The notes under the pieces are model-generated. The model searched no databases. It saw nothing but the letters and a program-made list of their open reading frames with translations, and had not been told where the DNA came from. Shown piece by piece: positions 49,005 to 61,543 of a DNA stretch of 64,000 nt (position 1 is the first letter of the stretch; the number at the start of each line of letters is the position of its first letter). The DNA comes from Phyllosticta citribraziliensis (lineage: Eukaryota). Made by a program: the position numbers and the translations under genes. The stretch covers positions 2,790,001 to 2,854,000 of the forward strand of contig NW_027117338.1 in assembly GCF_038025025.1 (NCBI RefSeq), written 5' to 3'.

Positions 49005-49497
49005 ATGGTGCTCGAGGCCGGCTATCCCAACACTTCGGGCTTCCGCAAGGTCACCAAGGCCACCATCCTCATCAAGAAAAAGGAGGCCATGTCTGACCAA
49101 GACTTCATCGCCCACTACAATCACCGCCACGCCCAAATGGCCGCCCCTGTCCTGCTCCGCCACGGCATCATCAGCTACTCCCTGGTGCGTTACGTCGTCC
49201 CGTCCCGTCCCCTTCCCGCCCGTCATTCATTCATCTTGTCCGCAGACCTACCATCTCCAGCGTGACCGCACCATGATGCAGGACATACTCAAGGGCAACG
49301 CCAAGCTGCTGGACTACGACGCCATTTGCACCTTTGTATTCCCCGACTACAAGCACCTAGCCAAATTCCTCTACGACAAGGACTCCAAGGCCCTGACCAG
49401 CGACCACGACAACTTCATGGACGACACCCAAATGACCATGATGGTCGGCGACGAGTACGTCATTGTCGAAAACGGCGTCAAGGTCGATGGAGCCTGA
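49005..49497 (+). CDS. EthD-domain (dimeric alpha-beta barrel) protein, 2 exons
   Basis: ILIKKKEAMSDQDFIAHYNHRHA motif; intron 49185-49245; DYDAICTFVF and DHDNFMD motifs. Confidence 0.85.
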
Positions 49498-49985
49498 CCG
49501 TGGCTTTGTCGTCGACCTACCACCTTCATATTCTTCTTCTGTGGTCCCTAGACTGTTTGGATCTTTCTCGTGCTTCATTCCTTGACTGTCCGCCCTTGCA
49601 TCGCGTTCCCCGGAGCAACTTCACGTGCATTAGAATTTTCGTCGCTTTTTCTTCCGCACTGCCTTTTCCTCTCCTTGAATAGAGAGACCAAGTCGATGTA
49701 CAGTCACTTTCAATCCTCAACAGGAGTAAAGGCACGAAGGACGACCGCCATGAGCCTATCAATTCTTTCTCGAAGGCGACATTGTAGTGAGAATGTCGTT
49801 TTGAAACGCGTGCTTCACACCCCCTTTCCACTAGACTGTCTCTCCGTCATCAATTCACTTGTCCAAAGCCAGTGTCTCCGTGTCCCAGCCAGCGCTCCTG
49901 CTCCGTGCTCCATGCTCCATCAGGGCCGACCACTGTTGGACCCCTGACACTGAACTACGCACTCACAGAATCCCATCCCAGAGCT

Positions 49986-50255
49986 CTACTTCCGGATAAC
50001 GAAGTGCAGCGCCACAGTGGCTGTGCAGACAACAAAAATTACCCCGCCGGCAAGTACACCACGCGGCAGCCTGCGCCCCGCCGGACTGGCCGAGTATTCG
50101 ACAAGCAAGCCCGCGGCAAGGCAGGTGGCGCAAACGACCAAGAAGACCGGCAGGGCGTCCATGCACATGAAGAGGAAACCGAGACAGACGGCAGAGAAGA
50201 GAAGAAGCGTGTCGATTCTGGCGCGTTGGTCGAAGTAGCCCCGTGCCGGAGACAT
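49986..50255 (-). CDS. Small (89 aa) predicted 3-TM membrane protein B
   Basis: CACC-ATG context, minus-strand TATAAAAA at 50370-50363, three hydrophobic stretches, similarity to neighbour 50483-50749. Confidence 0.6.
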   Translation of the reverse strand: MSPARGYFDQRARIDTLLLFSAVCLGFLFMCMDALPVFLVVCATCLAAGLLVEYSASPAGRRLPRGVLAGGVIFVVCTATVALHFVIRK

Positions 50256-50482
50256 GGTGTGTAGCGCGAGGAGATTTAGTCGGGGTGAATTGAACTGGCG
50301 TCGTCTCTTTTTGGGGGCAGGGTCTCTCGGTGTGCCGCCGTCCGCCTGAGCGCCAACTTAGATTTTTATACCCCGAGCAAAACAGAAGAAGACGCGAGAA
50401 GCAGCAAACTCCAAACAACGCCGGTTTCCTTCCACGAAGAAGACAACCCAAACCACGACGCCAACACACCGTCGAGCGCCTT

Positions 50483-50749
50483 CTAGCGGAGCCCCATGAG
50501 TGCCTTAAAGATGACGTAAACAGTCGCGGCCACTGTCGTGGCGAGGCAAATGTGGACAATGACATGGGTCCACTCCCCTTTCTCACGAGCCAGTCCCAGG
50601 AGCACGATCGAGAGTGTTAGGAAGCAATTGACCAATGTCAAGAAAAGCGCCGCGCCGAAGTCGAAGTACAATACGCCGAGGGGGACGCAAGAGAACAGCC
50701 CGAAAATTTCGTGTGGCCCGATGCCATTGGAGAAAAGCGAGGGGGACAT
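50483..50749 (-). CDS. Small (88 aa) predicted 3-TM membrane protein A
   Basis: CACC-ATG context at 50749; three hydrophobic stretches; LFSxVxLGxL motif shared with neighbour. Confidence 0.6.
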   Translation of the reverse strand: MSPSLFSNGIGPHEIFGLFSCVPLGVLYFDFGAALFLTLVNCFLTLSIVLLGLAREKGEWTHVIVHICLATTVAATVYVIFKALMGLR

Positions 50750-51056
50750 GGTGAATTGATGGCTGGTGGATGTTTGGCTTTGGTGTTGTAAAGTGGTTGT
50801 TGGCTGGGAGTGAATTGCCTTGCTGGAGCCCGGCAGCTGTTGAATATGTACTTGAGGACAGAGACGCAGTGTCAGATAGTTCGAGACTTTGCTACTCTCT
50901 TCCTTGGTCAGCAATCGATCCAACCATGCAGAAGCTTCACACAGTCGCAGCATGCATGTCTGTCTCAGCCCTCCGTTGACAAACAGGCCGACCAAGACCT
51001 GTAGACTCAGACAAGCAAGACATATCACCAAAATTTCCCATTTCATTCGACACTTC

Positions 51057-52007
51057 CTACTTCTTTCCCTTCTTCTTACCGCCGCCCTTCTCCTTCTCCT
51101 CCCTCACAAACCCACCCACGACCAGCGCCTCCCTCGCCGTCTGATTGATGATGCGAAAGCGATCCGGGCCCAGATGCACGCCGCCATACCACCGCGTCAC
51201 CACAACCATGACGTCCCACACGTCCATGAGCTGCATGAGGTGCAGCAAGCGGCCGCCCGCCGCCGTCTCGCCGTCGTCGTCGCAGTCCTGGTACACGGCG
51301 TCGTTTGCGCCGCGGATGCGCCACGCCGTGATGTTGTGCGTCGCCTTGGCAGCCTTCTTGTCCGTCGCCAGCAGGTGCTGCACGAAGGCCTTGGCCTGCT
51401 GCGTGCTGGCGACGCGCGCCGCGCGCGCCACGAAGACGCTCTTCTTCTCGACCGCCGGCTCGCTGAGCACCCAGGGCGGGTCGGGCCCGGCGCCGAGCTG
51501 CTCGACCTGCGCACCGCCGCCGCCGTGTGAGCCCGTGTCTGCTGAATCGAGTCCGCCGTCCGAGACGTGGAGGTGGAGGTGGTCGGTCACACCAGTTGCT
51601 TGTTCAAGCGCGCCGCCGGCCGCTTCGCCTGCGCCGCGCTCGCGCTGAAGCTCCTCCTGCTGCTGCTGCTCCTCCCCCACGTTGACGCTGTCGCCCAGCT
51701 CCTCCAGCAGGTCGAAGACGCAGGGCTCGCCGGGGCGGAACGTCTGCGCCAGCACGCCGCGCGCGGCGTCGACGACGCGCGTGCCAAAGCCCTTGGGCAC
51801 ATCGTCGCCGACCGTGTGTGTGCCGAGGACGGCGGGCGGCGCGTCCGGGTAGTCGGGCGGGAACTCAATGCGCAGGGCGATGGACGGCAGCGACGGGAGC
51901 CGCAGGATGCATGTCCCGGTGTCGTCGTCGTCCGAGGCGGTGGTGAGCGTGTCTTCGGCGTAGATGGAGTTGATGGAGATGATTTCGTCGGAGAGCGCGG
52001 GGTTCAT
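51057..52007 (-). CDS. YIH1: IMPACT/Yih1 (RWD + UPF0029 domains), Gcn2 regulator
   Basis: DEIISINSIY and FPPDYPDAPP (RWD); EKKSVFVA, ATHNITAWRI, DDDGETAAGGRLL and RWYGGVHLGPDRF motifs. Confidence 0.95.
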   Translation of the reverse strand: MNPALSDEIISINSIYAEDTLTTASDDDDTGTCILRLPSLPSIALRIEFPPDYPDAPPAVLGTHTVGDDVPKGFGTRVVDAARGVLAQTFRPGEPCVFDLLEELGDSVNVGEEQQQQEELQRERGAGEAAGGALEQATGVTDHLHLHVSDGGLDSADTGSHGGGGAQVEQLGAGPDPPWVLSEPAVEKKSVFVARAARVASTQQAKAFVQHLLATDKKAAKATHNITAWRIRGANDAVYQDCDDDGETAAGGRLLHLMQLMDVWDVMVVVTRWYGGVHLGPDRFRIINQTAREALVVGGFVREEKEKGGGKKKGKK

Positions 52008-52515
52008 GGTCGCGGGACGGAGAGTCGACGTTGGACGGATGCCGTGGCGCAAATGCGCTTCGGGTAGGGCTGAAGCGGCGGACGGGTCGAGACGGGGGAT
52101 GAACACCAACACCACGTGTTGATAGGAACTCGGGGATCAAGTTGACGTCTTGGAGTGTAGCAGTAAGTCTCACAGGTTCGCCCGACGAGGTCAAGCCCTT
52201 GGGGTTGCCAGCATTTCGGCCGCATCATACGATCAACAATGTCTCTTTCTGTGGAATATTATGGCATGAGTTTCAAAACCGAGCAGCTCCAAACTTGATA
52301 AAATTCAAAAATCAATCCGACTTGTACACAGCCAGTTTCTTTGGCAGTGGTGGCAACATGCAAGTGCATTTTCTTTTGTTCCTCAAAACACCTGGCCATT
52401 GAAGCAGATGGCGAGCTTTTTCTCTGAAAAATGGGCAACATCCTCCCCGATATTCAACGCCAGACGACCTCTCCATGAGAACCACTTCAGGTCGACGCCA
52501 TGCTCCTCAGCCGTC

Positions 52516-53964
52516 TCATCGGGGACAGATGAAATCGTCCGCATAAGCTCGATACCGCTGCATCACATCCGTCGCCGCAATGCCGCTCCGCTGCGGCAAG
52601 AAGCTAGCATGAGCCACCAAAGCGCGGCCATCCACGACAGCATCTATAAACAAACAAACAACAGTCAGCGCAGTCCAACAGGGGGCGGCAAAAGCCAGAA
52701 CTAATATGGGTACACTTACGCCTGCCAGTGCGCTCGGTCATGACCTCGGTAAAGTGGTACTCGTCATCGCCATTGCCATGATGGATGTCGCTGGCAATGA
52801 TGTCGTCGCCCCAGATGGCAATCATCTGGATGCCCATTCTGCGGTAATTGTAGTCCAGCTGGCGGAACTTGTAGCGCCACAGCTCGTTCTTCTCGAGGTT
52901 CTCGAAGAAGCTGTAGTGCTGCTGCGCCGCGTGCGTCCAGTGCCACAGCGACTCGGAGAAGGCGTCGAAGCTCGTGCTGGCGATGGGCGTCTGGTCGAGC
53001 GGGAAGCTCTTGGGCAGCGGCAGCCAGCGGTGTCCGTCGAACGGTGGCTCGAACTCGTGCGGGACTGTCCAGTTGACCGGCCCATGCCAGCGTGGTAGCT
53101 CTGACGCCCGCCATAGACTGCCTGTTGCGTTTTGTCCTGGCGGCGGCGGCAGCAGCTCTGGGAAGTACGCGTGCACGGCTCCCAGGCTGTAGTGCATCCA
53201 GCTGAGCGAGGGTTGGTTCACGACGTTGGCGGCGACGACAAAGTACTCCGGGTGCTCGATCTTGGTCTTGACCAGCGTTGCCACGGCGTGGTCCTCCATA
53301 AACACCTGCGAGTCGTCAGCAGTTTGCCAGCCGGATCGGCGCTCAGGTTCCCGCGTACAAGATCGTCGTCCATCTTGATGTACATGGTCCCATTCTCGCA
53401 CACGTCGTACGCGCTCGCGTAGTCGATGCCCTCAAACAGCAAGTCGATCCTGGTGTACGCCGGCTCCGCCGCGACCAGCTCGTCCAGCCACTCCAAGTCT
53501 TCTTGCTTCGTCGTCCGCGCCAGGAATATCACTTCGTCCAACAGCCCGCCGTTGGAAACGAGGTTACGCTGTTCAAAGACTCATGTCAGAACAAACGACG
53601 GTCCAGAAAGCCTCTCCACTCAATTCATGACCAACCCCCGCTCGTGTTGAATGCACACCTTGAGATAGCAATCCAGAATGCCCACGCTCTCGGGTCGTCC
53701 GAAGAAGACCAAGCCCACTATTCGCAGCCCCTCGGGCTTCGCCCAGTCCGTCTCACCCTCCAACGCTCCTTGTCCAGTGACGCTCCAGTAGCGCGGCAGC
53801 GGCCGCGAAATCGCGTGGTGGTATGTTGGTGAAGTCGTAGGCGCCGTGTTCTTCGCGTTCCACAGCAGCAGGAGAGAGCATGAGACGACAACGAGCACGA
53901 GCAGCTTCTGGACCTTGAGTCGGTAGCCCGAGCCCCCAAAGCGCAGCTCGCCATGAGCCAACAT
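52516..53964 (-). CDS. Uncharacterised type II membrane protein, putative GT-A glycosyltransferase (4 exons)
   Basis: N-terminal TM anchor; IVGLVFFGR..ILDCYLK|RNLVSNGGLLDEV, YIKMDDDL|VF, VAANVVN and C-terminal VAHASF motifs; introns approx. 53658-53568, 53358-53306, 52720-52645. Confidence 0.75.
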
Positions 53965-55004
53965 GTCGGATTCCTGAGCCGGCGGCTTGTAGGTGCAATG
54001 TCGCTGCAGTCCTTATGGCCGAGAGGTGACGATCGGTTCGCCGAAGATGCGGGGATAGGACAGGCCAGGACAGGACAGGATGGGATTGCGTAAGTCGGGG
54101 TTGCGGATTGCTTCAGACGCCCAGGTCTGGGTCGCGGCGTGATCGCATGGTAAGGGAGTAACTGGCTCTTGAGAGAAGGGAGTCCGATCGAAGAGATGGC
54201 TGGCGCTTCTCTGGTAACGAAAGCAGGCAAGCAGCTGACGCAGGGCCATCGCGCCCGTCTGCTATCTGCTTCATCAATCCTCTGCCACCCACTGCTCTTC
54301 GGGACCCCTGAGAACAGTGCGGTTGCACGGCGGCGCAGCCTGTCCCCTGCGGCCCCACCGCACCCCTGCAGGGTGCCGGCCTTGCTTTGTCCTTGTTGGC
54401 CTCAGTAAGCGCTGTTCTGAACATAGAACAAGTGACGAGATGGTTTCCTCGATTTTTGAAAGTCCCCTGGAAAAGCTGACAGCACGCAGCGGCTCTCCTT
54501 GGCTGCAGCTCGAATGGAAGCTTAGCATTTAAGCATTCGGTTTGAATCATGATCCTGGAGAAGATCATTGGTGGCTCAAGCAAGAGGTCAATGCAAAGTA
54601 ATAGAAACCGAAGCCGACGATGGCAGCTCAACAAGATGAACAGGGCGACTCGCTGCCAACTTGCAGAAAGCAGTTTGGACGCGCAATGGGCCGAGACCGA
54701 AGGCTCCCACTCGCGTTGTCGATGTTCCAGTTTGTCGCGATCAGCTGGAATGACTGGACTGGAGCAGCTTGTATCCACTCGGCATTTGGTAAGACTGTTC
54801 TATCAGGAAGACGGTATTGCCAAGGCAGGGTTGTGACAAGAAACCGGCTGTGAGATTTTTCATGAAAGGAGAAAGAGGCCGGTTGTCTTTGCCTGAAGTT
54901 CATCTTGTGCAAAGTAAGGAGACGACGAGCGCCGTCTTGGACGCAATTTGGCACTTCGACGATATAAAGCATTGATTGGTCGACTATGGAAAACCCCTCT
55001 CCAG

Positions 55005-56826
55005 TCAGTAGCCTCGGCCTTGGCCGTGATTCTGATTCCACCCCTGGTTTTGGTTCCATCCCGGGTACTGTTGAGGGTGCGGTGGCTGCCATTGCGGTTG
55101 GTTTGGGTAAGGAGGCGGGGGAGGCGGAATGGGGTATCCCATGTGCATGTTCGGATACGGCATGTGAGGGGGAAAGGGGGGAAATTGTGCCATCGGGCCC
55201 CCTTGCTGATGGAAGCCGCCGTTGGGCGGCATTGGCGGAGGCGGTGGCGGCGGCCAAGGCCCCGTGTAGTTTGGCGGTGGAGGTGGATGGGCAGAAAACT
55301 GCGGCTTTGGTGGTAACGAAGCATGCGGCGGCGGCGGAATGAATCCATGGGTAGAGGGGAAATTTCCTGGAGGTGGAGGAGGCAGCGGCTGAGGAAATTG
55401 AGGTGAAGGATTCGTTCCAACTGGACCTCTGTTGGCTGGCGCCGGCGGGGAGGAACGACGGTAACCCCGGAATCCGCCAGGAGATCTAGAACGAGATCGC
55501 CTGTCGTAGCCACGGTCACGTCCGATTCCCATCCTTGGCCTCGAAGGCGAGCGGCTGTCGTCCCTCCGCCGCTTGTCGTCTCTGTCTCTGCTTCGGCTGC
55601 GGCTCCTCGAGGAGCTGTACCTTCGCTTTCCGCGCTGGCTGAAGCGCATTCCACGATCGCTGCTGATGCTCCTACTACGACTCCTGCTGCGGCTTCTCGA
55701 AGAAACACTTCGGCTTCTGTTGTAAATGTCCTTGCCGACGGGCGGCCGCGACGTTGCTTCCTGTCGCCTCTTCTTCATCCTCTCGCAAAACTCCACAGAC
55801 CATCCATAGTATCCCTCGCAGACGACCAATTCCCCAGTCATCTCGTCCTTGACCATGTGCTGCCCCATCATGTCGATATCTGCCACGATGCCTTCATCCT
55901 CTGTGTATAGGTCCTCCGCGTATTGCAACAGATCTCTTACAGCACTGACCAATTCGGAACCAGCCTTCTTGTTTCTAAGATCCAATGCTTTGATCTGGCG
56001 TGTATCGATTGGTCTGGAGTCGTTTGGTCGGATAAATGGCATGAGAGCTCCCGCCGGTAGATCGAACCAAGCGTCGTGGGTTTCTCCGTGATAGGGTGGC
56101 AGGGTAAAGGGCGTGTCCTTTTGGACGACAGCGCCTTGTGCTTGCACCTCATCGCTCGCAGTTGGTAGACTGCCCTCTTCCAGCGCTTTCCGCACTCGGT
56201 CCTTGTATCCATCGCTATACTCGGCGTGGGCGTACAATTCGGTGAGCTTGGCAAGTCGCTGGCGAAGCTTTGCTTTTCCGGAAACTTGGGCTTGGAGAAC
56301 CGTGTTCATGAGAGATGTCAGGTTGGATTCCAGCTCTCGGACAGTGTGGGCAAAATGCGATGAGAGATCCTGGTGTACTCTGACGTGGTGTACCAGGTCA
56401 TTGAGCAGGTAGAGAATATTCAGCGCCTGTCTCCGGCTTGACGGAAGGTTACGCCGGGAGCGCTTTGGCAGAGAAGCATCCTTTTCAGCAACCAGGCTCT
56501 GTGCCAACCTTGCCAGGTAGTCTCCAAGGAAGGATATCCTCTTGGACGAAGGCACTGCGTTCACCACCAGCCATTCCTTGCAGTTCTGTCATTGCGACCA
56601 AGCTTTAGCGAAGATCGCGATGCTGCATTAAGATAGTAGATCAAACCTGGAGATTTGAGGGCGAGCAGTGGAGAATGGCTGCGTCAAGCAATGTGTGCAT
56701 TTGAGCAACGGCGTCTTTGTCGAGGGCAGTGGGGTCATCGCGTCGCATGGCCGCGAAAAGCCGGGTCCTGGCGATTGTGAGGACTGCCGGCGCAGTCAAT
56801 GATGACGGGGGACGAATGGCCGCCAT
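55005..56826 (-). CDS. CID (Pol II CTD-interacting domain)-type protein with RS and proline-rich tail (2 exons)
   Basis: CSPSNLQ, intron 56646-56586, NCKEWL; LNILYLLNDLVHH; EGYYGWS; SRSRSRS and poly-Pro C-terminus. Confidence 0.82.
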
Positions 56827-59800
56827 GGCGTGGAAGATGGGATATCGCAAAGGCCAAAGGTGAATGGGAAGACCTTGGGTTGGATGCAGTTCGATGCGCG
56901 TCAATGCGAGAATGCCGGCGCCCGGATACGAGGGTCGGATGATCTCCGGACCGCGCAGATTTCTGGCGGGGGCTTCCCTTCATTCAGCAACAGCTTACTT
57001 GAACCGTACCTGATCATCGACTTTTAATAGACCATGCTCTGCTTCCATGTTCTGGGCTATTTTTCGATCCACATTATGTTCAGAGTGAGTGTCTAGAGAG
57101 GTGCCTTTCTCTGTTTATGCTAGACACTGCCATCTGCAAAGCATTCGATACAGATCACGTCTTCGGGCACAGCGCCGCAGTTTTCTATTCGTGTCCATGT
57201 GGATGTCTGGCATAACCCGGCGTCAAATGTTCTCCATCATAAGAAGAGATGCTCGTATGGAATGAACCGTGTCTTGTGCCTTGAAGAGAGCATCGGGTCT
57301 ACCATACATACCAGGGACAGTCTGCCTCCCACAACAGACATGCCACAAAGGCAATAGATGCCGTGCTCTGTGTGGGCCAAGCTCGTCGGACAGAGGTGCC
57401 GTACGGTGCATCCCGCCACAAGTTTCTTTGCCTTGGAAGATGGCCATCATATGAGTCTTGGATGAGCTCTCCAGCCGCACCATACTTCGCTGCCGCATAA
57501 CTTCATGTTTGTAAGCTGATGGGTGGGCGGCAGGACGGGTCGCTGCTGAGATGTGAGAATGGCGCGGTGGTACAGCGAGCAGAGCGGGATAGGGTATGCC
57601 AGAGTCAGCATACGGCCCGTCTTGGTGGCACTGAGGCACAATGGCTCTGGTTGCGCGCGGGATCCTCTGGTGCCGGTGCAATGCGCTGGGTTGCAACGCC
57701 AGGGACTCGAGAAACGTTCACTCGCGTGGTACTGCGCTCATCTGCGTCTTGTGGAGTCTTTGAGCTGTTCTGCTTTCTAGATCAGTAGCGTATTGAATGG
57801 CGCTTGGCGAAGACTGTCGTGACTGGTTGTAAGCTTGCGCGCGGAGAGTGCGCATCCGCATCATCTGCGGTTGGAATGTCCCTCCTGTGGTAGTGCTCAG
57901 ATTCCAATAAGCTTGTAGGATGTTTCCTAGACTCAAGGCCCGTCGGTAATAACTCGAGGCATGTAAGCTGATGGGTCTCATCAAGAATGATTCGGCGGAC
58001 GGAACTCGCACGGGAAGGACCTGTCAACATGAGCATGTCCCGTTTCGATGCCAGCGCGATTCCTCCAGCTGTCATCGACTGACAATTCGTACGTCTAGGC
58101 GCGCGCATGGTGAGCAGTAGAGAAATGAAGACAGGACGGGAGAGTGAGACGGTAAGGAACAGGTGTCGACAGCATTGGAAAGGAGGGGAGGGAGGTGAAA
58201 CGGCGACAATGTTGGTTGGATTCCTCGTTCGAGGACGACACCAACGAGCTTGCGCGGATTATGGCGCAGCGCAACACATTCAAACACGTCGACATTTGCA
58301 GTTTTCCCATCAGGAATCGTATTCGGCATGAGTAACGCGCGAGCGCGTAGATGCATCTCAGCGTGTGTATAGTGTTCCCAGAGGATCCTAGCGGCTTACA
58401 GGAGTGGCGTCTTTATACTGTCGACCAGGACGCCTTTGCCGAAGCCCGCATGATGTGTTAAATTTGCTCCGGCGTTCCATGGTGCCCCGTTAGACTCCTT
58501 TTTGGTCACAAATATAGCCATGCTGGGTGTATAATTAGAAGTGTCCATGTGATGTTTTGACTGCAAAAGCAGGCAGCAACCCCAAGGACGCGTAGGCATA
58601 CCAATCCAGACTGCGCCTCGCAAAGTGAAGCAAACAGTCGTCGCTATGGAATGCGCATTGTAGCATCGTTGGTTAGCATGTCTTTAGTCCAACAAGCTGT
58701 CCGCTGCAAGTCTTCGGGAAACTTGACCTGGCCGGAGAGTCGGGCGCCTGGTAGTGGCGATGAAGATGGTAGAGACCGTCAAGGGGCCCAGGCGGGTGGT
58801 GAGCACAGACGAGACGGGCTTGTGAGTTGTGGCTGAAGTGGGGACGGCATCAATGCTGAGGTCGGCCACGCCTCTGCTTTCCCTCGAGCGGACCCGCTGC
58901 CAAGGGCAAGGCGAGGGACCCGACCACGATGCTGCCGTACGACGGTGGTGAAGATGACAACGTGTTGGAAAAGAAATGAGGAAGAAGAATTTCGTCCTCA
59001 GGGGAGACGACGTGTTTAATTTGAGTTTCGAGGACGTTTCGAATCGGACGCCGTTCAATGGAAAAAGCAGACATGGAAGCACAGAACGTGGGAGGGTTGA
59101 GTTGCATTCGGACAGTCGACGGACACGAAGCGGGGAAGCATATCAAAGGCTTTGTCCAATAGGAGAGAGCAGAGGGGGGTGCGGCGTGGACGGTGGTACG
59201 GGGCTGTCCCCTCATGACACGAATACCAAGCGACGATGCTGCCGTTCTACCGGAACAGATGGGCAAATTTTTGGCCGCCGTGTGCACGCCACCAGGGACG
59301 TACCATTCGGGACGAGGAATCAGTCGCCCCAGACAGGTGCTGAGGTGCTGAGGTGTTGGGCGAGAGGTCGGAGGCTTTGGACGGCCAATCAGAGCAGGGG
59401 TGGCACCGGGGCGAAGGAACGAGGACCACAGGGACCACAGGGTCGTAGGGCTGGCCAAACGCAAGGCAAGGGGCTGCAGTCGCCAGCAGACGGGCTTCAC
59501 CGCAGGTCCAGGTGCTGATTTAGCGCCTGGTGCAGGGCGTCAGGGCACACGAGGCGAGGAGATGTTGATCATGTTGGTGACAGCCGCTGGTGAAACGTGA
59601 GATGTCCGAATGAGGCTCTGCACCTGCAGACGGGAGAGACGACCTGACGAGAGACTGCGCAATGACGTGGTAGATGTCCATCGGGGGAAGCCGAGGAGAA
59701 AAAGCAGAAGCGAGAAAATTTGGAAGCAGTGGAGATGGTTGGGTGGCGATCGGATGTCGTGTGGTCGGAGTCGGAGTCGGAGGGTGATGATTGTTGCGGG

Positions 59801-60162
59801 AGGATGGCCGCGACTCGGGAGGCTGGGAGAGGAAGAAGAGAGAAAAAAAGAAAAAACAAAAAAAAGAAGAAGATCAGCGCGTCGACGTTTCACAGGCAAC
59901 CGAAAGAGGAAGCTCGCGAGAGAGAGGCCGTCTCCCCGACCGGACCAGGCACGACACAGTCAGGTCAGGTCAGCCAGTCAGCCCGTGAGCCCGTGAGCCC
60001 GTTCCTGCGCCACGGCTGCGCCACATCCGCTGGACTGCTGGGCTGCTCGGCTCTCTCGCTTCCCTCCAGCTGGGCTGTCCTTCCTTCCCTGTTCCCTCGC
60101 CGCCAACCGCCGTCCCTGTCCCCGTCTCGCTCCCGTCAACCAACACCACCTCTTCACCACAA

Positions 60163-60201
<39 letters not shown>

Positions 60202-60211
60202 ATCGCCGTCG
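60163..60211. repeat. (GTC)n/(GCCGTC)n simple repeat
   Basis: Read directly from the sequence. Confidence 0.85.
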
Positions 60212-61300
60212 TGCTTCGGCGCGTCCGGCGCTTCACCACCTCACCATGCGCTCTGCACCCAAGCGCCGTAGACTGGTGGGCGTTTCAGGAGGCCGATCCA
60301 CAGCCAACCGCTTCTCGCCCCGAGCTGGTTGCACCCGCAGTGCGCGTCGTCTGCGGCCCGTCTAGCTGCTCTGACGCACCCGGCGTTGGCCTCTTCCAGC
60401 CAGAAAAACTGCTTCTGCCTGTCCCCATTGGACCGCCGCCGTTGGCCTTGGCTATCGATACCATACCGCTGACCCACCGCCCCGTCGCCTCTCTCTCACG
60501 CGTCACCTGCTCCGACCCTAACCTCACTCCAGTCCTCCATGACCATCCTGTCAATCTCATCCTGCCGTGCCCACCGCCCCTCACGGTACCTGCGTTTTGA
60601 AACTCAGCAATGCCACCCAATGCTCTGCTCTCCTCCGCTGCGCTCCAGTCCTCGTCTGCCCCAAGCCACCATCTGCCCTCTTCCCAATTCCCAACTTCCC
60701 CCCTAACGGCCGCCTCCCGGCCGACCTGCGCCAGACTTGTCCCACACCCACATGCCACTGGCTGCGTGCTACCCTGATGCCTTGCCCCCTACCTACCCTA
60801 CCCCCGATTCCTCCTCAGACAGTCCGTCGTAGACGCCAGCTGTGGGGGGCCTGGCCCTGGTCCTGCTCCTGGTCCCGTCGCTGTCTCTCCCGTCTGCCAG
60901 GTCCCCCGACGCTTGTGCCCACTCTCCACAGCCCTTGCGCATCCGGCTGCACTTGCAAAAAGCTTGGTCTTTTGTTTGTTCCGTCGCCCGGGATCCTGCG
61001 CCTAGTCCAGATGGTGGCTCGCTGAATATAGCTTATAAGTATGTCGCCTTGGCCCCGGACGTAACGTTTCTTGCGCCTTCGTCTACACCTCCGTCGACTC
61101 CCTTTTCCATTTCTGACAAAGGCTAGCCCTTTGAGTTTCCTTGAATCTTCGCTCCCGCCTGTGGCAGAGCAGTACGGTCCTTTACCAGATTCCCTCGTCA
61201 TCACTTCGACACTTTGACACTCCTTGTCCCCGGAACCCATCTTTCACTCGTCCACCCTCTACTCCATCGACCAAACTCTATAGGGTTCCCTTCAGACGAG

Positions 61301-61543
61301 GTAGGTCCTTTCCGCTGTTCTTTGGAACGTTCTTCATTGTTCACCAGTCACCGCGACGCTTCTTTGTTCACATTGTTTTCCCTTCTTTGTTCACTTTTCT
61401 TCACTTCGAGCATTTCTTTCTCTTATTCACAACCTGCTTGCTTTCCCGTAAACAATGCCGCCGACGCCGTCGGCACACCCACACATAAAACCTCGACACC
61501 TCTCCAACACCACTTTGCGACAAACTAACACCCACAACCCCAG
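61301..61543 (+). other. Probable 5'-UTR intron of the AA11 gene
   Basis: AG|GTAGGT donor at 61301, pyrimidine-rich body, ACTAAC branch site near 61524, CAG acceptor at 61543, 86 nt before the ATG. Confidence 0.6.
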
